Source of the DNA: the human T2T-CHM13v2.0 reference genome, Homo sapiens | Assembly: GCF_009914755.1 (NCBI RefSeq) | Contig: NC_060929.1 | Direction: 5' to 3' (one strand) | DNA length: 64,000 bases | In this document: positions 56,593-64,000 of the stretch, piece after piece | Layout of the letters: every line of letters starts with the position of its first letter | How positions within the stretch are numbered: position 1 is the stretch's first letter | The notes under the pieces: generated by a model | The model's database searches: none | Told to the model about the DNA's origin: nothing | The model's input: only the letters and a program-made list of their open reading frames with translations | Translations under genes and position numbers: made by a program

Positions 56593-58629
56593 GGTAGAGT
56601 GCATATTTTATATCAAGCACATCAGTAGGTACTAGATTCCAATAGTCTTTCCATTTAAACATGTTTAAGTATGTATCATGTGTTTTGTTTTTTTACTTAA
56701 ACATTTTTCTTCTTGTGTTATTTATCTGTACACAAATACTCCATGATAGATGTTTTCAGCTGTGCTTTGTTTTCTATTTATTATTATTTATTTGTTATGT
56801 ATTTTATCATAGTGTTGGCAAAACGTAAGTCTTAATTTATAATTTGATTATTTCTACACACCTCTAAAACTGACTGAAGTGCTTAAGGTGCCTTTCACCT
56901 TTATTTTCTTCCATTTCTAAATCTAAGCTGCCTTTTATCCCCTGCAACATGTTGCACGTAGTCATATAGTTCCTTAGAGTTTTGATGCTCGAACTATGGC
57001 ACCTGAACTGAGGTAACCCATGACTAACACAAAAGGATGGTGATATTTTACCATCCTTTAAAGAAAAAAGAAGACACTATTGTCAATGTCAATTTTAAAA
57101 TATATTATTAACTTTTAATTTCTCTATATTGTTCTTAAATCATTGGAAGCCACTACCACTTTCTTATTAATTATTGCAAGCAAATGGCAAACAAATGGAT
57201 AAATATTTACAGAAAGAAGCAGAAAACTCAGAAGACAGATTTTATTTCTATTCTATATGTATTTATTTTTATTGATATGGTGTGCTGAGAGCTTATGTTC
57301 ATGATTTTTATAGAGGCATAAGATGTCAAGTAATTTGCCAATAACTGAACAAGCTCCTGAGAATATGCTTTAAAAAATTTTCACCCAGGGCTCCTTCAAT
57401 TTCAGATCTCTACACTAAGCATACTTCACAACCCTGAACCTGGGACGTTAGAATCATTATGACTATCAACTGTTTGACAATTCCTAAGATGAGAAGAAAT
57501 GCCATTATAGAATAATTGGAGGGCAGGTAAAAGACAAAACAGCAGAGCAAGTCTATATAGCAAATCGGAGTCACTCTGAGCTCACCAAGACTGAGATATT
57601 CAGGCAAAGAATTAAGGAACAACATTTTTTTTTTGCCCTGTTATGTCTTAAAAGACATCTTAATAAAAGGGAAATGATTAATGAACAGCCGAGCAAGCCC
57701 TCTGCTAAGATTAATAAATGGGATACCCCTATCACCAACCTCATCTAAGGAGGCACTGATCATAACTTGTCACCTTAATAACATTTTAATGCCAACTCCA
57801 GATTCATTGCACTTTTATGGAAATTTAAATCATGCCCAAGTGTGGAACGCTTCCAATAATGAGCATAAAAATGCAAAGAGATTTTGATTAACATCGGCTA
57901 CTTAAAAACCAGGAATGTTTCACTGGGAGCTACACAAATTATTTCGGGGGTCTTTTAATGACATCAGTTCAACAAAACTATATTTTTAGTATGTGTGAGC
58001 ATTTGGATTTGGGTCTGTGAGTACTACTTTTTACTGAGATTTAAGACAAGAAACTTTTCCCCATTATGTAGAGTTCCTGTCATGAAGCAGTTTGCACAGA
58101 TAGGTAATTTCTCTTCACAACTTTAGTTTTAGAGCTACACCAAATAGAATACAGCTCTCTCGGTTTTCTCTGAAATTGTGGTAGAAACACAAAGCAGCTT
58201 AACTCAAGATTACGGAAACCAAGAAAAAAAAATTATGATAGTCCTACTTCAGAAATCACATCAGAAGGAGTACTTCAGGTAACTTCAGAATCTGGTCTCC
58301 AAATTACGTGACTATCATTTGTCATGTAATACACAGCAACACGGTATTCCTGAACAAGTTATATCACACTAACAATCTAACACAGTGGAAGTTGTGAAAA
58401 TCATCAATGTTTTGCATAGCAGTAATGTCAGTAATGATATCAGGCTTGCTGGCATTTCTGAAGCTGACAGAACCTTGGAAGGATGTCATCATCTACTTCA
58501 CAGAGGACAAGCCAGGTACTAATATCAGTGGTACTTTGGCAGTGATAATATCTTTTCTTCTTTTTTGCAGTGTGTATACATTGATGCCTTTCTAATGCCT
58601 TTTAAAACTCTACTACCTTGGATAATATT

Positions 58630-59611
58630 TACTGGGGGAACCCACCCCAATATTTCAACATAGGTTCTATTTTCCATAAGTGTCGGCTGGCTGAGAAATA
58701 AAGAGAAAGAGTACAAAGAGAGGAATTTTACAGCTGGGCCTCCAGGGGTGACATCACATATCAGTAGGACTGTGATGCCCAAAACCAGCAAGTTTTATTA
58801 AGGATTTCAAAAAGGGAGGGGGTGCAAAAACAGGGAGTAGGTCACAAGATCACACGCTTCAAAGGGCAAAAAGGAGAACAAAGATCACATGCTTCTGAGG
58901 AAACAGGACAATGGCAAATTCAAAACTACTGATAAGGGTCTGTTCAGCTGTGCACGTATTGTCTTGATAAACATCTTGAACAAAAGAAAACAGGGTTCGA
59001 GAGCAGAAAACTGGTCTGACCTCAAATTTACCAGGGTGGGGTTTTTTCCCCACCCTAATAAGCCTGAGGGTACTGCAGGAGACCAGGGCGTTATTTCAGT
59101 CCTTATTTCAACTGAATAAGACAGACACTCCCAGGAATGCATTCCTTCCCCAGGGTATTAATTATTAATATCTCTTGCTAGGAAAAGAATTTAGCGATAA
59201 CTTCTCTACTTGCACGTCCATTTATAGGCTCTCTGCAAGAAGAAAAATATGGCTCTATTTTGCCTGACCCTGCAGGCAGTCAGACCTTATGGTTGTCTTC
59301 CCTTGTTCCCTGAAAATTGCTATTATTCTGTTCTTTTTCAAGGTGCACTGATTTCATATTGCTAAAACACACATTTTACAATCAATCTGTACAGTTAACA
59401 CAGGTATCATAGTAGTCCTGAGGTGACGTATATCCTCAGCTTATGAAGATAACAGGACTAAGAGATTAAAGTAAGACAGGCATAAGAAATTATAAGAGTA
59501 TTATTTGGGAACTGATAAACGTCCATATTAAAATGAAATCTTCAAAATTTATGTTCCTCTGCCACGGCTCCAGCCGGTCCCTCTATTCGGGGTCCCTGAC
59601 TTCCTGCAACA
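58630..59611 (-). mobile_element. MER11 solo LTR (HERV-K11/HML-8 family)
   Basis: Minus-strand start tgttgcaggaagtcagggaccccgaa; ~980 bp; 6-bp TSD aatatt at 58624-58629 and 59612-59617. Confidence 0.9.
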
Positions 59612-59899
59612 AATATTTAGGTAATTTTCAAACAAAAATGATGGGATTAATTTTTAAAACAAAAAATAATATTTCCAACTTCTAAGCCATTATCAGGCAT
59701 ATGTCCCTTATGCAATATTAAACAATTTGATGGCATAAGTAGATAAGTGGCTAGCGATGACTTTATATGATAGAATGAGTATCAGGTGAAGGACTTCTCA
59801 CAAACTTCATCTCTTCCACCATTCTCGGAAACACTAATGAGCCAGGATATTTCCCTGGACTTTCACGGGACTTGCAACAAGGGCGCCTCACGTAGCCCA

Positions 59900-60420
59900 T
59901 AGCTCTCAGCTCCTCACAGGCAGGGGTCACATGTGGGAACGAGGTGGGAACTGGAGTGCACAAACGCTGGAACCAGCTGGTTGCTTCTGTGCTGGCAGAG
60001 GCAAGCTCAACTCACTCAGAATTGCTGTTCTTCACCCCTCATGGGAGGGGCACACAGGTGAACAGATGCAGGAAAAGCATTTTTGGGCGCCCGCAGGAGC
60101 CAATTTTGTTCCGGCCTCCCAGCAGCATCTGAGGGGATGCCCATGACCCCAGAAGCCACAGAGGGAGCATAACACTGCTCTTTTAGCTCTACCATCTGCA
60201 GACAGCTTAAATATTAACAGATCAGTGGACCCTCTGCCTTTTCATGTGAGGTGGCTGCCTTCCACCAGCAAGGGCAAAGGGTCAGTGTGACAGCCCTTTG
60301 CATCCCCACTCATGGCACCCGAGCTCTTGGCTGGCATCCAGGAGAAATAAGGTCACATGAATAAACTGAAGGATGGTAGATATGGGAGATTTCATTGCTG
60401 ATGCAGGTGGCTGTTAGTGG
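59900..60420 (-). mobile_element. ERV1 LTR fragment (MER52-like)
   Basis: GC-rich patch with gagctcttggctggcatccaggagaaataaggtcacatg resembling MER52; boundaries approximate. Confidence 0.5.
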
Positions 60421-60818
60421 AAATTACATTAGTACTACTAATGTACCTTTCTTTACCTTTTGAAACATGACTTACTTTCATTTTTTGAACATATTTAAAA
60501 CTACTTCCTTGAAGTCTTTGTTAAATATGATACCTGAATACCTTTATTGGGAGTTTCTGTGGCCTGCTTTTTTGTCTTGTGTATGTGTCACATTTTCCTT
60601 TTTTCATGTCATGCCCCATAAATTTTTTGTTAAAAACTGGATATTTGAGATAACATGTTGTAGCAACTCTGGATGTTCATATCCTTCTCCCCTCCATGTT
60701 CCCACTATTGTTTGATTGGTTATTTGTTTAGCAACTTGTCTGAACTATTTAAGTCAAGTCTATTTCCCCCATAATGCGTAATTTCTGATTCCATTCCAGT
60801 CTTGAAGGTATGCACCTG

Positions 60819-61161
60819 TGTCTTAGTTCATCAGGATGTTACAACAAAACAACATAAATAGCAAACATTTACTTCTCGTGGTTCTGGAGGCTAAGAAGTC
60901 CATGATCAAGATTCAGGCAGATTTGGTATCTGATGAATGTCCATTTTCTTAAAAACGGTGACTTCTCACCATCTGCTTACATGACAGAAGTGGCAAAAGG
61001 TTTGCTTGGGCCTCTTTTACAAGGCCAGTAATCCCATTCATAAGGGTTCTCCCCTTATGACCTAATCACCTCCTAAAGGCCCCACCTTTTACTATTACTG
61101 CAGTGGGGATTAGGTTTCAGCATATGAATTTGAGGAAGACACAAACATTTAGATCCTGGCA
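60819..61161 (-). mobile_element. MLT1A-like MaLR solo LTR
   Basis: tgtcttagttc..ttctggaggct.agaagtcca.gatcaag..taatcacctcctaaaggcccc..acaaacatt. Confidence 0.8.
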
Positions 61162-62384
61162 CTCTTTTATGACAGTGACTTTTGGTGGACTCTCTTGAGC
61201 CATCTCTCTTCTTTTAATTTGTCTTCCTGTGTTGGTAACATACTCAGTTAATTACCTCCACTAATTACCAGACAATTGACATATTGTTCTCAAAAATGCC
61301 TTGCAGCATAAGTTACTTCTAAGTCTGATCCAATTAAATTCTGGATCCTGCAGGAGTAATTTTTCTGATTAATCTTTGGGGCTTGTTCTAACTGGAGCAG
61401 GGTTCCTCTTAGCTTTCTCTTTTTCTGGCACTCTTTGTTTAAACCTCTAGCTTGTGTATAGTTTAGCTTGTTTTTCTAATGAACCTATCAACTTTTACTT
61501 AAATATTTACCACCAAAATCCCTATGATTTTCAACAGTGCCCTTGGATTTAGACTTCCTCACACTCTGTTCCAAATAAAGGCAATTCTCCTGAGGAGAGC
61601 TATGGAACTCTGTTCTTAAGGCCTGCTTCTCCCTCTGAGCAAAACCTGCACTGCTGCTCTGATGCAGTAGATGGGAACAAAGACTTACTTCTCTCAGACA
61701 TGCTTTACAAGTGGGGTACAGGGTGGGGTCAGTACCCTCTGTTATTGTAGGCTTGCCTCTCTTAGAGTAAAATCTCTACCCTATGAGTAAGTTAAGGCAC
61801 AAATGATTGGGGCTCAGTATTCTTGGCCTGCTGTGCCTAGGGTAGAATGTCCACCCTGCAATTTAGAAATAAATGGAAGAAGAAAGCCCCAGACATCTCA
61901 ACTTTTCTGGTGTAGAACAGATTCTAAAACATGTAACTGAGTGGAAGTGAGAAATGCTAATGGTCTGCTCATCTCAAGCTAAGACTATAGTCTAAACTGG
62001 GATCTGGGGGAAGAAAGAGCCCATTCTTCTAAGTTGCATACACTTTGAGTGTGGCTTCTTTTATGCTTAGCTGGGGATGGGGAGAGAGTGGGCTGTGGCC
62101 TAAATGCCACAGGCTCTCACTGCAGTGATTTAGTAAATTTATTTTAATAAGTATTTTTTACACTTGCCATGTGCCTTCAGGACAATTTCCATGAACTTCA
62201 AATGATTGGGTAGTTAAATGTAATTATTACTTGTTTGGTTGCTTCACTGGGGAGAAGGTTCAAAGAGTTCTTGAAGCTGCATTCTGAAAGGTACAGCCCC
62301 ATTGCTTTTTACTTGCAAGTTTTAATAATTATTTTTGTATACAAATATCAACGTTTCAGAATATTCTTTTTCAGATCTTTTTTA

Positions 62385-62690
62385 CTGAAGTACAATTTCC
62401 ATGCAATAAAATTCATAGATCGTAAGTGTTTAGGTCAATGAATTTTGACACTTGTATTATACCTGTATAACGACTGCACAAAATAAGATATAAGTCACTG
62501 CCATCACCCTAGAAAGTACCCCTTATACACCTCTTGAAGAAATTGATGGTCCTTGCTTCCATTCTCCCTGCCTTTCCAAAATAAAATACTTTCTTAACTT
62601 TATCGCCATCGGTTGGTATGGAAATGGAGGGACTTTTTTGTTCAGCATAATGTTTTTGAGATTTGTCCAAGTTGTTGCATTTGCAGCTAT
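62385..62690 (-). mobile_element. Old L1M 3' end remnant
   Basis: tactgaagtacaatt..aatgaattttgaca..ccatcaccctagaaag..cagcataatgtttttgagatt. Confidence 0.6.
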
Positions 62691-63604
62691 GTTTTAATCC
62701 ATGACTTTTTAGATTTATTGGGGAAAATATGAACTTCAGGTTGTTACTTGAAGAACAATAAATCCTTCTTTAACAAGATCATAAATTATTCTTTAGAAAT
62801 AAATCAAAAAAATCTATATTTGACTAACGATTCTTACAAAGCATAGCAATTGCTTTGGAAGAAACAGCATCAATATAGAAAAAACATAACAGTTATTGGC
62901 ATCAACAAGGCTTAATTCAGACTAAAGCTTGGAAAACACCTAGACTTCACCAAGTGTCTTAATTTAGGATTCAGCTAGGCTACCTAATTTTTCTACACTG
63001 TATTTTAATAAATTGGTGCTACTCAAATGCAATATTGAGCATTAATCTCCACTGTCACTGGAAAACACAGTGCCCTTTAGAGTTTTCAAGGGTACTCATA
63101 CATACACAATTTGAGTACTGATTCCTGTGTCCTGCAGAAAGATACATTTCTTCTATCACTGACTGCAGTCATCTACCCACAAGACTCACTATAAGATATA
63201 TACTTTTTAATACAAACTGCTATAGAAGCACAGAAAACTCCATTTTGCTTAAGTCAACCAAGGACACTTTAAGACCTTCACTACCACTGTAGCATTGGCA
63301 TAAGTAGCTGAAAATGCATTGGTATGATGATGTAAAATATGTCAAGAGTTACAGAGAGGACCATCCGCTTGATATATGTTGTCTTTTAAGTATAAAACTG
63401 TCAAGAACAAGTTGATATAAAACCCAGTGGCTTCAGAATGGTATGCACATGCTATTTCTCATTTTTTAAAGAAGTAGCTAAATATATTTTAAAGCAAGTG
63501 CAGTACTAAGGATTCAGAGTTTAGCTCAGGATTGAATGCTTTATTTAACAAGAGTGGTGAGAGCCATGGTAGAATCACACAATGTGTGACTGCAAAGAAA
63601 GAAT

Positions 63605-63722
63605 ATTTTAAATCCCCCATTGTACTGATGAATAAATCAGGTCCATAGAGTCACTTTGCTGGTCAATGGCAGAGTGGGACTACAGTTAAAGTCTCTTGAT
63701 CCTTAATCCTCTGCTTTCGCTA
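63605..63722 (-). mobile_element. MIR remnant
   Basis: atcccccattgtactgatgaataaatcagg..ggcagagtgggac..tctgctttc. Confidence 0.5.
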
Positions 63723-64000
63723 TGATAATATATTATATTACATTGAAAATCCTACAATTAATCCTGCTTACAAAGTTTATTTCCTCATTCTTATTCCCTT
63801 TAAAATTGTAATAACTATTTCCTACATTTCTTGGATTAGAGAATTGTAGGTAAAACCCCTCACAAAGGAAAACAAGGAAGAACTTCTTGATGAGCTCAAA
63901 ACTATAAAATTGTGGAATCTTCAGCTCCTTACTATCCCTTCCAGCATGCAGCCTCTCTGCACCGTATGGTTATTTTTATCAGAAATAGCCGTAAGGTGCA

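Overview
AT-rich, CpG-depleted primate (human-like) non-coding DNA, intronic or intergenic. I find no supportable protein-coding exon, RNA gene, CRISPR array or prokaryotic-type system. Much of the window is retroelement fossils: L1PA/L1PB/L1M LINEs including a near full-length L1PA13-16-type copy, six AluS-like SINEs, THE1, MER11, MER34-like, MLT1 and LTR33-like LTRs, and MIR/L2. Longer ORFs in the track are L1 remnants or Alu/LTR antisense frames. The most unusual signal is a set of locally templated insertions: a ~635-bp inverted copy of 793-1426 inside an L1; a 227-bp copy of 9408-9634 bracketed by a perfect 22-bp inverted repeat at the end of a hairpin-unit VNTR; micro-scale templated delins in an L1MA and an Alu; and an L1 ORF2 patch copied into the ORF1-ORF2 spacer. 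There is also a twin-priming-type inverted L1 and a possible 12-nt 3' transduction. Repeat subfamily names are from memory of consensus sequences and need RepeatMasker/Dfam confirmation.
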